Source: Macrostomum lignano
Taxonomy: Eukaryota
Length of the DNA: 64,000 nt
Assembly: GCA_002269645.1 (NCBI GenBank)
Contig: NIVC01000945.1
Coordinates: forward strand, 1 to 64,000
Direction: 5' to 3'
Under the pieces are notes generated by a model, which was not told the DNA's origin, ran no database searches, and was given only the letters and a program-made list of their open reading frames with translations. Each line of letters opens with the position of its first letter. The stretch's first letter is position 1. Positions 12,613 to 25,954 of the stretch are shown one piece after another. Position numbers and translations under genes: made by a program.

Positions 12613-13403
12613 TATAAACTACGCAACAAACTACGCCAGAATTTTTGGCACTTTTCGAAGCGCGTGACGGACTTCTAAAACGAGATCACTCGATCAAAGA
12701 TCGCAGTTCCAATCCGGTTAAAAGTCAAGTTGACATGAAATTATTTTTGGAAGAAACGATTTCGCAATGGTTCGCCTGTTTACTAATGGGGGGTGGGGGT
12801 TGGGCAATTGGCAACAAGCTGGTCACCTGTGAAATTTATGATTACATATCGATGCAAAAGGAGTGGGAAAGTTAACATTAAACTCGGACTAGTGAGCCTG
12901 TGTGATCAAATTTCTTGACTCAGAAACAGCATAGCAACCAGCTTATAAGCGTTGAAATTCCACCTGATCTTCAGTTTCATTCATGTATTTGGGAATCAGA
13001 TGGTCGTCAAGGCTCAACACGCATCGTAAATGGGGATCTGTCAAGCTCTAAGATCCCCAGATACTGTGTAGGATGAGTCATGTATTGTGACAGGTTCGCA
13101 ACAGCAATTGATTTGAAAAAAATGAAATCCACTGACTGATTTAAAATGATTTTACAATGAAATTTTCTCAATGTAATAATTATTTTGAAACAATAGATTA
13201 ACAGGCAAAAATTGATGCTATTGTTTTCTGTTAACAATATGCAGTATTTCCATACAGTCTGCTTTTTAAAGCAGGAAAGCAGGACTTGATTGAAAAATGC
13301 ACGATTTCAGGTGATGAGTCACATTTTTTATTTGACACTGTTGAATGAGATGAAATTTAAATGGATAAAGAACTGCGTTTGCTGTTACTCGATTGAGGAT
13401 GCT

Positions 13404-14845
13404 GGGACAGGGCATACAGACACTGGGATAGGGCTTACAGATACTGGGATAAAGCTTAGAGACACTGGGATGGGGCTTACAGACACTGGGATGGGGCTTA
13501 CAGACACTGGGATAAAGCTTAGAGACACTGGGACAGGGCATACAGACACTGGAAAGCCCTAGCTTACAGATACTGGAATAGGGCTTACAGACACTGGGAT
13601 AGGGCTTACAGATACTGGGATAGGGCTTACAGACACTGGGATAGGGCTTACAGACACTGGGATAGGGCTTACAGACACTGGGATAGGGCTTAGACACTGG
13701 GATAGGGCTTAGACACTGGGATAGGGCTTAGACACTGGGATAGGGCTTACAGACACTGGGATGGGGCTTACAGACACTGGGATGGGGCTTACAGACACTG
13801 GGATAAAGCTTAGAGACACTGGGATGGGGCTTACAGACACTGGGATGGGGCTTACAGACACTGGGATAAAGCTTAGAGACACTGGGACAGGGCATACAGA
13901 CACTGGAAAGCCCTAGCTTACAGATACTGGGATAGGGCTTACAGACTCTGGGATAGGGTTTACAGACACTGGGATAGGGCTTACAGATACTGGGATAGGG
14001 CTTACAGACACTGGGATAGGGCTTAGACACTGGGATAGGGCTTAGACACTGGGATAGGGCTTAGACACTGGGATAGGGCTTACAGACACTGGGATAGGGC
14101 TTAGACACTGGGATAGGGCTTAGAGACACTGATCTAGGGCTTAGAAAAACTGATCTAGGGCTTAGAGACACTATGATAGGGCTTAGAGACACTGGGATAG
14201 GGCTTAGAGACACTGATCTAGGGCTTAGAAAAACTGATCTAGGGCTTAGAGACACTATGATAGGGCTTAGAGACACTGGGATAGGGCTTAGAGACACTGA
14301 TCTAGGGCTTAGAAAAACTGATCTAGGGCTTAGAGACACTATGATAGGGCTTAGAGACACTGATCTAGGGCTTAGAGACACTGATCTAGGGCTTAGAGAC
14401 ACTGGGATAGGGCTTAGAGACACTGGGATAGGGCTTAGAGACACTGATCTAGGGCTTAGAGACACTGATCTAGGGCTTAGAGACACTGATCTAGGGCTTA
14501 GAGACACTATGATAGGGCTTAGACACACTGGGATAGGGCTTAGAGACACTGATCTAGGGCTTAGAAAAACTGATCTAGGGCTTAGAGACACTATGATAGG
14601 GCTTGGAGACACTGGGATAGGGCTTAGAGACACTGATCTAGGGCTTAGAGACACTGATCTAGGGCTTAGAAAAACTGATCTAGGGCTTAGAGACACTATG
14701 ATAGGGCTTAGAGACACTGGGATAGGGCTTAGAGACACTGGGATAGGGCTTAGAGACACTATGATAGGGCTTAGAGACACTGGGATAGGGCTTAGAGACA
14801 CTGGGATAGGGCTTAGAGACACTGGGATAGTGCTTAGACACTGGG
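13404..14845. repeat. 19-21-bp minisatellite GACACTGGGATAGGGCTTA(CA/GA)
   Basis: About 70 units, with a switch of variant type near 14120. Source of the KPYPSV and LRDTGIG pseudo-ORFs. Confidence 0.97.
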
Positions 14846-15380
14846 AGAAGACTTAAAGGCGCGGGAGACCGATTTTTCAAGTGAAGCCTGATAAATGCCA
14901 ATTCAATACCCCCTCCCAAATCTAAACGCTCGCGCAGATCTGCTCAAAAATGTATTCCACACGACGGGATTTTATGTTCCGCCTAAACCAGAATATTTGG
15001 CAGGTAAATTATTATAAGCTGATTGATTGATCGATTGATCAGGTGGAAGTTTGTAACCCTTCTGGGAAAAAGCGCACACGCAAAACACTCCCAATACTGG
15101 CTCGCGATGAGGGCAGAGGTGGGATGGGACACGGGGGCCCTTCGGACGATGCGCTGTGCGGAGATATATAAGTTTTATGAAGATGATTTATGATCCTGGC
15201 ACGCCAACCCGTCGACAGCTGGGGTGTGTGGTTGGAAAATTTGCTAACCAGTAAGTAAGCCAGGATTACCTAGCGAGAATCGCTATTTAAATTTTAGACT
15301 CAAGCCATAAACTGAAAATTTAAAAATATATTTTAACAAAACTTTTCAACACTGATTTAATTATTTCTTATAGCTAACTT

Positions 15381-16060
15381 TTATTCACAACATTCACATC
15401 ATTCGCCGTACAGTACTTTTATTCACAATCCTCGATTCACAGTCTCTACATCCACAACCCCATCATTCACAATTCCTCCCCCTCCATTCACAATTCCTCT
15501 ATTCACAATCCCTCTTTTCACAATCCCTCCATTCACACTCCTTCCATTCACAATGTCTTTATTCACAATCCTTTAATTCACGATCCTTCTATTTACAATC
15601 CCTCTATTCACAATCCCTCTTTTCACAATCCCTCCATTCACAATCCCTCTATTCACAATCCATCCCTCTATTCACAATCCTTCCATTCACAATCCTTTAA
15701 TTCACAATCCTTCCATTCACAATCCCTCTATTCACAATCGCCCCATTCACAATCCTTCCATTCACAATCCCTCTATTCACAATCGCCCCATTCACAATCC
15801 TTCCATTCACAATCCTTCCATTCACAATTCCTTTATTCACAATCGCCCCATTCACAATTCTTTAATTCACAATTCATCCATTCACAATCACTCTATTCAC
15901 AATCCTTCCATTCACAATCCTTCCATTCACAATCCTTCCATTCACAATCCTTCCATTCACAATCCTTCCATTCACAATCCTTCTATTCACAATCCTTTAA
16001 TTCACAATCCTTCCATTCACAATTCATCCATTCACAATCACTCTATTCACAATCGCTCCA
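15381..16060. repeat. 15-bp minisatellite ATTCACAATCCTTCC
   Basis: 15-nt period, degenerate at both flanks. Confidence 0.95.
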
Positions 16061-16696
16061 CTCCCAATGCTCTCAGGCCCTACTATCCTACGCTTCATTC
16101 TGTCACCAAACGCTCCTGCTGTCAAGTTGCCGGACCCCCCAACGAAAAAACTTCGTCAATTCACTCCAAACGATTTTCATGGCCGGTTTTTTTCATTCCG
16201 AAATGTCACTCAACAGAGCCACCCCAACCGCAGCTGACAGCCGGGCTTTTAACAGACAAACGGAATTGAAGGCCGAATCGAAGCCAAGCGAAAAAAATCA
16301 AATTCCCGAACGCAAAAACTGAAGCGACAGCCGACAAAAAGTGGACCAAAAATTTTCATTTCCAATTTTCTCCTTCAATACCGGACGTTTCCAGCCATCT
16401 GCCGCTGCTATTGACGAATGGAATCGGATGGGGAAAAAGTCTTGATATTAGCCCTAAACCCAAATCCCTCAAACGAAGCTAAGGGCTGGTCTTTGTTTGA
16501 AATGGAGATCTGGGGGCTAAATCTATAGACGACGAATATTGGTTCAAGTCGCATTGAAGGGAAAAGGAAAAATGGGAGACGTTGATGATGGAGGCTGGGG
16601 GTGGTTTTCTATGACGTGTCTCGGGAAGCGAAAGCTCGAGGAGTCAGATAGCTTTGTACAAGGAGGCCTTAAGTTATAGAAGTCTGGCAAGTCTCT

Positions 16697-17075
16697 TGCT
16701 TGGCGCCCATGTCTCTTGATTGGCGCCCCTGTCTCTGGATTGGCGCCCCTTTCTTTTGGTTGGCGCCCCTTTCTTTTGGTTGGCGCCCCCGTCTCTTGCT
16801 TGGCGCCCCTTTATTTTGGTTGGCGCCCCTGTTTCTTGCTTGGCGCCCCTTTCTTTTGGTTGGCGCCCCTGTCTCTTGCTTGGCGCTCCTTTCTTTTGGT
16901 TGGCGCCCCTTTCTTTTGGTTGACGCCCCCGTCTCTTGGTTGGCGCCCCTGTTTCTTGGTTGGCGCCCCTGTCTCTTGGTTAGCGCCACTGTCTCTTAGC
17001 TTGGCGCCCCTGACTCCTAGGTTGGCGCCCCTGACTCCTAGGTTGGCGCCCCTGACTCCTAGGTTGGCGCGCCTG
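16697..17075. repeat. 20-bp minisatellite TTGGCGCCCCTTTCTTTTGG-like
   Basis: About 19 units with an invariant TGGCGCCCC core. Confidence 0.95.
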
Positions 17076-17932
17076 TCTCTTGACGGGCTTCCCTACCCCC
17101 TGTCTCCTAGTCAGGAGGATGACACGCCCAAGGTGGCAAAAGTTGACCTTCTGACATTCATCCAGCTTGGTTACCCCTTTCACTAAGCTTTTCGTGGAGC
17201 CGCTGAGCTTGCCACGCTCCAGATCCCAGATCTCAGAGCTCCCTTGCCTTGTCCCGTTCCCACGGGAAACGGAGGATAAAGGAGAACTGCAGAGACAAAC
17301 TAGAGAGGCCTGGTGCTGGTTGGGATTTGGCTGACGTGGGGTGGCGCAGCTGTTTATGCAAATCGCAACACTCTCCCATCCAGGGGAGCTCGAACCAACG
17401 GACCGACACATCGCGGGGTCTGAAACCCCCCCCCCCAGCCACTAATTTTCCCCGGGCGATATTGATATCCCCAAATCCCAGAACGGACGGCCTGCTCGAT
17501 GCTCCTTTGTTCTCCCTTCAGCCGGGTATTTTAAATTGGAACACAGGGCCAACTCGCCTCTCACCCTACAGTGCTGGAAGAGTGTGACTTGGCCTGATTG
17601 ATAAATCAGGGGCAAGGGCTTTGGGCATTAATATTATTATCCGAAAATTGATTCAAGAAGGGAGGATTGAGGAAACGAGAAATCTGGTTTGTCCGCCCCC
17701 CCTCCCCGGGGATTAAAGAAGATTAACAGAAGCTCGGCTTTGACTTCTCCGCCAGCCGTTGAGAAACAAAGAGCTGAGCGTTCTCCTCCCTTCCGGATCA
17801 AGAAACTTATTCAATTTCCGCATAGCGTTTGAAAGTTTTGCTTGCTGCTGCTTGCAAGCAGTCCTAGCGACTTGGGAAGCAGTTTCGACCAAATCAACCG
17901 TAATGAGCCTTTAGAAAAAGGGCGAAATGAAA

Positions 17933-18362
17933 AGCGCCAAACAGAGAGCCAAACAGAGCGCCAAACAAAGCGCCCAAGATAGCGCCAACCATAGCGCCAA
18001 ACACAGCGCCAAACAAAGCGCCAAACAAAGCGCCAAACAAAGCGCCAAACATAGCGCCAAACAGAGCGCCAAACAAAGCGCCAAACATAGCGCCAACCAT
18101 AGCGCCAATCATAGCGCCAACCATAACGCCAAATAAAGCGCCAACCATAACGCCAACCATAGCGCCAAACACAGCGCCAACCATAGCGCCAGCCATAGCG
18201 CCAAAAATAGCGCCAAACATAGCGCCAACCATAGCGCCAACCATAACGCCAAATAAAGCGCCAACCATAACGCCAACCATAACGCCAAACATAGCGCCAA
18301 ACATAGCGCCAAACAGAGCGCCAAACAGAGCGCCAAAAATAGCGCCAAACAGAGCGCCAAGC
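17933..18362. repeat. 12-bp minisatellite AGCGCCAAACA(T/A/G)
   Basis: About 36 units. Confidence 0.95.
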
Positions 18363-19314
18363 ACAGCACTAAAACACTGGAGCCATTTTTACTGGAGTTC
18401 CCTTTCTAAGAAAAAGCTTTCATCCCGTTCGCTTATCTAGAATACAAATCTTAACCAAATAAAGCGCAGATATTCGCGGTCCCTGTGACGTCAAACACCC
18501 ATCTTCGAGCCATAGAATTGCCTACTAATGGCGACGGGTCCCTGATAAGTGGCTGATTGACCCAAATAGGAAAACCGATGCTGCAGCTGCAACAGAAGCA
18601 GAAGACAAAGGATAAACACAAAAGATTCCAAACTGTATTGGGGACAGATATTGAACAGGCAGATAAAACATATCTAATGGGAGATTAAGGTAGGTCGGAT
18701 TACCAAATTCCCCTACGATATCCGATGGCTCCAGCCCTTGGACCCTCCCAACCTTGGACCAGTGAGGAGCGCGAGGATTTTCTTTTCGCCTAAACAATTG
18801 AGAGTTGAGGGGACTTGGGCCTGGACCACCTGCGGTTCAGTCTACCGCTCGCTTCCACGCCAGGGATTAAAAATATTGGCCAGAGCTTGCATTCGTCCCA
18901 GAGTCACAAGTGCTGATAAGCCAAGGCCAAATAGCAAACGGATGCTGGGATCACGGGGGGGCCTTAGGCAATGGTTGAAGTCAAGTGCAAAGCCTGGGAC
19001 TGCTTATGCCAGATATTCATGGACACACGCATACACACATAGTTATGTACCAGCAGAGGCACGGGCCACCGTTTCAACTGGAACAAAACCGGACACGACA
19101 GGACAGCTTTGGGGGGGGGGAGGGGCAGACAGAATCAGGATGGGGAACAGGTATATTTATTTATCAGCAATAGACAGTGGGCAGACAGTGAAATCAAGGT
19201 GATCAAGGTTAAGATTAAGATAGGGGAATCTTGATTGCAGTCTAAATGACTGGTAGCCGCTTATTATTCTTACGGGATAAACAACTTAAGGCCTGATCAT
19301 TAGAAGGTCAATCT

Positions 19315-19493
19315 CATGGGCAATTTCCTTCAACTTCTGAGCTTCTTGGGCAATTTCTTTCAACTTCTGAGCTACATGGGCAATTTCTTTCAACTTCTGA
19401 GCTACATGGGCAATTTCTTTCAACTTCAAAGCTTCATGGGGAATTTCTTTCAACTTCAAAAGCTTCATGGGGAATTTCCTTCAACTTCTGAGC
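19315..19493. repeat. 30-bp tandem repeat ATGGGCAATTTCTTTCAACTTCTGAGCTAC-like
   Basis: About 6 units, ending at the MITE insertion site. Confidence 0.9.
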
Positions 19494-19501
19494 TTTATGA
19501 G

Positions 19502-19872
19502 CATGGATGAATGAATAGAATGGATTGCTATTCTGGCTCTGGCTATTTTCGTTTTTGACTCTTTTGCGTCCGGTTCCCCCCCGTGCCTTTTCATTGGTTG
19601 ATGATTGCCATAGACAATTTTCGGCCTTCGCCCCTTTCTTTCCTTTTTATTGTAGACGAATCGACTCTCGAATCGTGCTTTTAGGTCTTCCCCCTTTATT
19701 TCAAAACACGAGCGAAAGCGCTTGTGCATCGAAAGAAAGGGGCGAAGGCCGAAAATTGTCTATGGCAATCATCAACCAATGAAAAGGCACGGGGGGGGAA
19801 CCGGATGCAAAAGAGTCAAAAACGAAAATAGCCAGAGCCAGAATAGCAATCCATTCTATTCATTCATCCATG
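19502..19872. mobile_element. Non-autonomous hAT-type MITE, 371 bp, ~140-bp terminal inverted repeats, 8-bp TSD TTTATGAG
   Basis: 19502-19642 is the near-perfect reverse complement of 19731-19872 (CATGGATGAATGAATAGAATGG...). TTTATGAG occurs at 19494-19501 and 19873-19880. An 8-bp TSD with CA termini is typical of hAT. Confidence 0.88.
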
Positions 19873-20469
19873 TTTATGAGCTGAATCCCAGCTCCGCAGG
19901 TGAATGAGCAGCAATTCGATTGACTTTATGATTGATTAATAACCAATCAATCAGGACAGGGTTGCAGTTTTGACCGATAGTCTATCTAACTCTAATGAAT
20001 GAGATTTATCTGAATTTTAAAAATATGACTGACTGATAGATATATCTCATGCATTAATTTATTGATTTTAGAGTCATGAGCAGGTTTGGCCAGTCTGTGA
20101 CAACCATAATCAATCACACTGCCAGGATGCCCACGGCTAAGACCTTGGATTAACAGGGTGGCTTGAAATCAAACTTGTCAGAGTTTAATCCTACCCGCCA
20201 CACTTCCCACAGATCCTCTATCTCTTCCTACTCATTCTTGACTAAACTGATCCCCACATGTGGGATGATGCTGATGGATTGTGTGTTGTGGAGCTGAGGG
20301 CTTCATTCTATAGTCGGAGCCCACGCGCTCACGGACCAATCTGTCTGGGCAGAATTTTTATCAAGTAATAAGCTCTGGAAAATATAACTGAATAGAACTT
20401 GTGACTGTTAGATTTCGATAGCGCGCTTGTTGGCTTGGATTGATTTGTGAGGCAATTTTTATATCAAAT

Positions 20470-22805
20470 ATTTTTTGTTAGGCGATTTTTATCTCATATT
20501 ATATTAAGGGCGATTTTCTAATATCAAATTAGTTGGTGAGGCGATTCTTTTGACACCAGATTAGTTGGTGAGGCGATTCTTTCAACATTAGATTAGTTTG
20601 TGGGGCGATTCTTTTAACATCAGATTAGTTTGTGGGGCGATTCTTTTAACATCAGATTAGTTTGTGGGGCGATTCTTTTAACATCAGATTAGTTTGTGGG
20701 GCGATTCTTTCAACATCAGATTAGTTTGTGAGGCGATTCTTTTGACATCAGATTAGTTTGTGGGGCGATTCTTTTAACATCAGATTAGTTTGTGAGGCGA
20801 TTCTTTTGACATCAGATTAGTTTGAGAGGTGATTCTCTTGACACCGGATTAGTTTGTGGGGCGATTCTTTTGACATTAGATTAGTTTGTGAGGCGATTCT
20901 TTTGACATTAGATTAGTTTGTGAGGTGATTCTATTGACACCAGATTAGTTTGTGGGGCGATTCTTTCAACGTTAGATTAGTTTGTGGGGCGATTCTTTTG
21001 ACATCAGATTAGTTTGTGAGGTGATTCTATTGACATCAGATTAGTTTGTGGGGCGATTCTTTCAACGTTAGATTAGTTTGTGGGGCGATTCTTTTGACAT
21101 CAGATTAGTTTGTGAGGTGATTCTTTTGACATCAGATTAGTTTGTGAGGTGATTCTTTTGACATCAGATTAGTTTATGACGCGATTCTATTGACATCAGA
21201 TTAGTTTGTGAGGCGATTCTTTTGACATCAGATTAGTTTGTGAGGCGATTCTATTGACATCAGATTAGTTTGTGAGGCGATTCTTTTGGCATCAGATTAG
21301 TTTGTGAGGCGATTCTATTGACATCAGATTAGTTTGTGAGGCGATTCTATTGACACCAGATTAGCTTGTGAGGCGATTCTTTTGACACCAGATTAGTTTG
21401 TGAGGCGATTCTTTTGACACCAGATTAGTTTGTGGGGCGATTCTTTTGACACCAGATTAGTTTGTGAGGCGATTCTTTTAACATCAGATTAGTTTGAGGC
21501 GATTCTTTTGGCATAAGATTAGTTTGTGGGGCGATTCTTTTGACACCAGTAAAGTTTGTGAGGCGATTGTTTTGGCATTAGATTAGTTTGCCAGGCGATT
21601 CTTTTGACACCAGATTAGTTTGTAAAGCGATTCTATTGACATCAGATTAGTTTGTGAGGCGATTCTTTTAACATCAGATTAGTTTGTGGCGCGATTCTTT
21701 TGACACCAGATTAGTTTGTAAAGCGATTCTATTGACATCAGATTAGTTTGTGAGGCGATTCTTTTAACATCAGATTAGTTTGTGGCGCGATTCTATTGAC
21801 ATCAGATTAGTTTGTGAGGCGATTCTATTGACATCAGATTAGTTTGTGAGGCGATTCTTTTGACACCAGATTAGTTTGTGAGGCGATTCTTTTGACACCA
21901 GATTAGTTTGTGGGGCGATTCTTTTGACACCAGATTAGTTTGTGAGGCGATTCTTTTAACATCAGATTAGTTTGAGGCGATTCTTTTGGCATAAGATTAG
22001 TTTGTGGGCGATTCTTTTGACACCAGTAAAGTTTGTGAGGCGATTGTTTTGGCATTAGATTAGTTTGCCAGGCGATTCTTTTGACACCAGATTAGTTTGT
22101 AAAGCGATTCTATTGACATCAGATTAGTTTGTGAGGCGATTCTTTTAACATCAGATTAGTTTGTGGCGCGATTCTTTTGACACCAGATTAGTTTGTAAAG
22201 CGATTCTATTGACATCAGATTAGTTTGTGAGGCGATTCTTTTAACATCAGATTAGTTTGTGGCGCGATTCTATTGACATCAGATTAGTTTGTGAGGCGAT
22301 TCTATTGACATCAGATTAGTTTGTGAGGCGATTCTTTTGACACCAGATTAGTTTGTGGGGCGATTCTTTTGACACCAGATTAGTTTGTGAGGCGATTCTT
22401 TTAACATCAGATTAGTTTGAGGCGATTCTTTTGGCATAAGATTAGTTTGTGGGGCGATTCTTTTGACACCAGTAAAGTTTGTGAGGCGATTGTTTTGGCA
22501 TTAGATTAGTTTGCCAGGCGATTCTTTTGACACCAGATTAGTTTGTAAAGCGATTCTATTGACATCAGATTAGTTTGTGAGGCGATTCTTTTAACATCAG
22601 ATTAGTTTGTGGCGCGATTCTTTTGACACCAGATTAGTTTGTAAAGCGATTCTATTGACATCAGATTAGTTTGTGAGGCGATTCTTTTAACATCAGATTA
22701 GTTTGTGGCGCGATTCTATTGACATCAGATTAGTTTGTGAGGCGATTCTATTGACATCAGATTAGTTTGTGAGGCGATTCTATTGACATCAGATTAGTTT
22801 GTGAT
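20470..22805. repeat. 32-bp minisatellite TCAGATTAGTTTGTGAGGCGATTCTTTTGACA, about 70 copies, with higher-order blocks
   Basis: 32-nt period; marker variant CCAGTAAAG at 21546, 22023 and 22469. Confidence 0.97.
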
Positions 22806-23534
22806 GTGAGGCAATATTTCCCTTTTCAGTCAGTTTCAAATCAAATTCATGTGTCGCACTTATTCCTACTAGTTCAATCTAAATTCTAATCAAACTCTGA
22901 AATAGACTCAAAGTCGCACTTCCGTAGATGTGTTTTTCAAATCCCACTAGCCATCAAAATCTGGCATGAGACCCGAATCAGACACGCTGAGATGAGCACC
23001 AAAAAACTCGAGAGGATAAATTCACCACCGAGGGAAGATGGACTGATGAGGCAGAAGAGGCAGACAGAAAGAAAGTTCGAAGGACTTTGAACACTCGCTC
23101 CGTGTGGTTCTCATTTGCGATAACAGGATTAGCTTTAGTTAAGCTCGGACCGGGCCTCTGAAACTGCGGGAGTTCTTTCGCTTCTTCATCAAGAAGCTCT
23201 CTTACTGTCTTTCAGAATCCCCTGAACCTCAATCCTCTGTTGCTCTCGTGTCACATAAGGCTAGGAGAAGTTTTTTTTGACGACTCGCTGGCTGCTCATC
23301 TTTTGTCGAAGATAATTCGAACTTGCACAAGTTAGTTAAGAAGAGCAGCACAAATTGAGTTAGTTAGCGAGAAGTTGTACGGTGTAGTGTTTCTTGGAAA
23401 AGTTATGGAACTTCTGAGACTAGAGATTAAGACATGTACTGTGTGTCCTGAGGACAGCGAGCGAACTCTCTCAAAGTCTTATGAAGATACCGATATCCTT
23501 TGAAGCTTTTAATAGACAGCAGTCTCTCTCCAAG

Positions 23535-25305
23535 AATGCCCCCCCCCCCTATTCCCAGATTGGCGCCCCCTATTGCAAGAACAGGGCCCCCTATTCCAAG
23601 AATGGCGCCCCCTATTCTAAGAATGGCGCCCTCTATTCCAAGATTGGCACCCCTTTTCCAAGAATGGCGCCCCCTATTCCAAGAATGGCGCCCCCTATTC
23701 TAAGAATGGCGCCCCCTATTCCAAGAATGGCGCCCATTATTCTAAGAATGGCGCCCTCTATTCCAAGAATGGCGCCCTTATTCCAAGAATGGCGCCCCCT
23801 ATTCCAAGAATGGCGCCCCCTATTCCAAGAATGGCGCCCCCTATTCCAAAAATGGCGCAACCAATTCGAAAAATTGGGCCCCTTACTCTAAGAATGGCGC
23901 CCCCTATTCCAAGAATGGCGCCCTCTATTCCAAGATTGGCACCCCTATTCTACGAATGGCGCCCCCTATTCCAAGAATGGCGCCCCCTATTCCAAGAATG
24001 GCGCCCCCTATTCCAAGAATGGCGCCCTTATTCCAAAAATGGCGCAACCAATTCGAAAAATTGGGCCCCTTACTCTAAGAATGGCGCCCCCTATTCCAAG
24101 AATGGCGCCCCCTATTCCAAAAATTGGCGCCCCTATTCCAAGAATGGCGCGCTTATTCCAAAAATGGCGCAACCAATTTGGAAAAATTGGGCCCCTTACT
24201 CTAAGAATGGCGCCCCCTATTCCAAGAATGGCGCCCTCTATTCCAAGATTGGCACCCCTATTCTACGAATGGCGCCCCCTATTCCAAGAATGGCGCCCCC
24301 TATTCCAAGAATGGCGCCCCCTATTCCAAGAATGGCGCCCTTATTCCAAAAATGGCGCAACCAATTCGAAAAATTGGGCCCCTTACTCTAAGAATGGCGC
24401 CCCCTATTCCAAGAATGGCGCCCACTATTCCAAAAATTGGCGCCCCTATTCCAAGAATGGCGCGCTTATTCCAAAAATGGCGCAACCAATTCGAAAAATT
24501 GGGCCCCTTACTCTAAGAATGGCGCCCCCTATTCCAAGAATGGCAACCTCTATTCCAAGATTGGCACCCCTATTCTACGAATGGCGCCCCCTATTCCAAA
24601 AATGGCGCCCCCTATTCCAAGAATAGCGCCCCCTATTCCAAGAATGGCGCCCTTATTCCAAGAATGGCGCCCCCTATTCCAAGAATGGCGCCTTTATTCC
24701 AAAAATGGCGCAACCAATTCGAAAAATTGGGCCCCCTATTCCAAGAATAGCGCCCTCTATTCCAAGAATGGCGCCCCCTATTGCAAGAATGGCGCTCTCT
24801 CTTCCAAGAATGGCGCCCCCTATTCCAAGAATGGCGCCCTCAATTCCAAGATTGGCGCCCTCAATTCCAAGATTGGCGCCCCTTATTGCAAGAATGGCGC
24901 CCCCTATTCCAAGAATGGCGCCCCCTATTCCAAGAATGGCGCCCCCTATTGCAAGAATGGCGCCCCCTATTCCCAGATTGGCGCCCCCTATTGCAAGAAT
25001 GGCGCCCTCAATTCCAAGAATGGCGCCCCCTATTCCAAGAATGGCGCCCCCTATTCCAAGAATGGCGCCCCCTATTTCAAGAATGGCGCCCCCCTATTCC
25101 AAGAATGGCGCCCCCTATTCCAAGAATGGTGCCCCCCTATTCCCAGATTGGCGCCCCCTATTGCAAGAATGGCGCCCTCTATTCCAAGAATGGCGCCCTC
25201 AATTCCAAGAATGGCGCCCTCAATTCCAAGAATGGCGCCCTCAATTCCAAGAATGGCGCCCCCTATTCCAAGAATGGCGCCCCCTATTCCAAAATTGGCG
25301 CCAAT
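23535..25305. repeat. 20/21-bp minisatellite GGCGCCCCCTATTCCAAGAAT
   Basis: About 85 units; recurrent variant GGCGCAACCAATTCGAAAAATTGGGCCCC. Source of the MAPPIPR pseudo-ORFs. Confidence 0.97.
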
Positions 25306-25954
25306 TTTCCCAGGATAACATAATCCTGTTGCACAGATTCCGGGCGCTATGCAAAAAATTACATCGGGACGTGGGAAAAAGAAAAATAGAGAGAAAATTT
25401 CGAACTACGAGCCAATTATAATTATCTCAGGCGAATCCGGTTAACTTAACTAGGATGAGGCAAGCAGGCAGGCATGCGACGGAGAAAGAGAAAAGAAGAT
25501 TTTGGATAAGAAAAGCGAATTCCCAGTGTCCGAGCAGCGTTTAGACAGTCAGTGATAAGATAGATACGGCTATTTGAATTCCGAAGTAGCTCGTAGTTCC
25601 TCGGTGACTCAACCATCGAGTCACCCCCAGATTCTTCCCTAAAGACTAGAAAATCTACAGCTAGGAAGAGACTGAAGGGAAGGCACAAATAATTGGAAGA
25701 AAAATTACTGTTAAAGAGGACTCAAGGGGGAACGACAGACACGAATTCCTTTTGAATTGGGAGATAAGTAATCCATAGCTGACAACTTGCACATATTCTT
25801 AAGATTTGTTGTCTTGATGATTTTCTAATCTCTCTGTGGCGATTGTAAAAGTTCAATTAAAAGCCAATCAGTTCTGGAGTTTGCAGCTCAGCTTGTTTTT
25901 AAGTATTTAAATTGCTAATAATTAAAGTACTTTATGCGATTTTTTCAAGCTTAG

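Noticed and set aside
14853-14900. TTAAAGG start resembling a Kolobok or piggyBac terminus
   Set aside because: No matching inverted end found in the window.
17160-17290. IWDLERGK, a WD40-like motif on the minus strand
   Set aside because: Single short match with no neighbouring WD repeats or consistent exon chain.
18738-19202. 154-aa plus-strand ORF
   Set aside because: No recognisable domain, no splice support, non-ATG start.
13266-25421. Long ORFs such as KPYPSV, LRDTGIG, LAPLSFGWRP, GAMFGAL and MAPPIPR repeats
   Set aside because: All coincide with minisatellites and are open in several frames and strands at once.
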